Position numbers and translations under genes: made by a program. This document shows positions 63,326 through 64,000 of a DNA stretch of 64,000 nt, piece after piece (the first letter of the stretch is position 1; each line of letters begins with the position of its first letter). The notes below the pieces were generated by a model. It saw only the letters and a list, made by a program, of their open reading frames with translations, searched no databases and was not told the DNA's origin. The DNA comes from Eledone cirrhosa. Its lineage: Eukaryota. The stretch covers positions 40,858,001-40,922,000 of the forward strand of contig OZ024740.1 in assembly GCA_964016885.1 (NCBI GenBank), in the 5' to 3' direction.

Positions 63326-64000
63326 TAATCAATCATATCAGTCCACAATACTTATTTCAGTCTGGTACTTATTTTATTAATCTCTATTTATCAAATGTCC
63401 AAGTTATCTTTTGATATAAAGCAGTGCAACCCAACATACCAGTAACAACACATACACAAATATACACACATACACTGCTTCTATTTACCAAGTTTCTCTT
63501 ATGAAGCATTAGTCAACTTGGAGCTACAGTGGAAAACACTTGCAAGTTGTCTAAAAAAATAGTACAACTTTCTATAATTTTTAACAAATATGTTTCTTGT
63601 TGAATTAGACATTGACTAAAATGCCTTCAGTCAGTTTGGCTTTTGATCAATTTCGACAAATATGTACAATCTGCAAAGTGGTTGGCATTAGGGAATGCAT
63701 CCAGTTGTAGAAACCAAACCAAGAGAGTAAAGAAGACTCTTCAGTTATGTCAAGTACATGACAACCTCTCTAGTGCTGATGCCACAATAAAATGCACCCA
63801 GTATATTCTATAAAGTGTTTGATGTTAAGAAGGGAATCCAGCTGTGGAAGTCATGCCAAAATGGAATGTATCTGGTTCCTTGACACATCTATGAGGACAG
63901 TAGCTCTGATTAAGTACTGACTTGGTCTAACAATTTGTCAAATGGTATGAGAAAACAGACATAAAATGATGATATTTTCAATGAGTGTGCCTAATCCCAA

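Overview
AT-rich, repeat-dense animal genomic DNA. The (GAT)n-tailed RTE LINEs and the tRNA-SINE families suggest an octopod cephalopod (inference). Two spliced host genes lie on the minus strand. AGXT2 (alanine-glyoxylate aminotransferase 2) has 12 coding exons from 61831 to the stop at 15558; all are GT-AG with consistent phases, and the first exon lies outside the window. NUDCD1 has its first three coding exons at 7166-2559. The introns are filled with mobile DNA: RTE LINEs carrying a PHD finger inside the RT, a CR1-type LINE, a decayed autonomous Helitron plus a non-autonomous one, a full-length Gypsy element with a -1 frameshift signal, a solo LTR, a non-autonomous tRNA-Trp-primed LTR family, Penelope-like elements with hammerhead ribozymes, SINEs and minisatellites. 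The most unusual structures sit in the 23.3-kb AGXT2 intron (32642-55974). One is a head-to-head LTR-element composite with two U5 ends outward, bounded by a single 4-bp TSD. The other is an ~8-kb palindromic Penelope-like insertion with a hammerhead ribozyme in each arm. An orphan ABCC exon fragment lies near the right end. Everything was read by eye; repeat boundaries are approximate unless a TSD or splice site is quoted.
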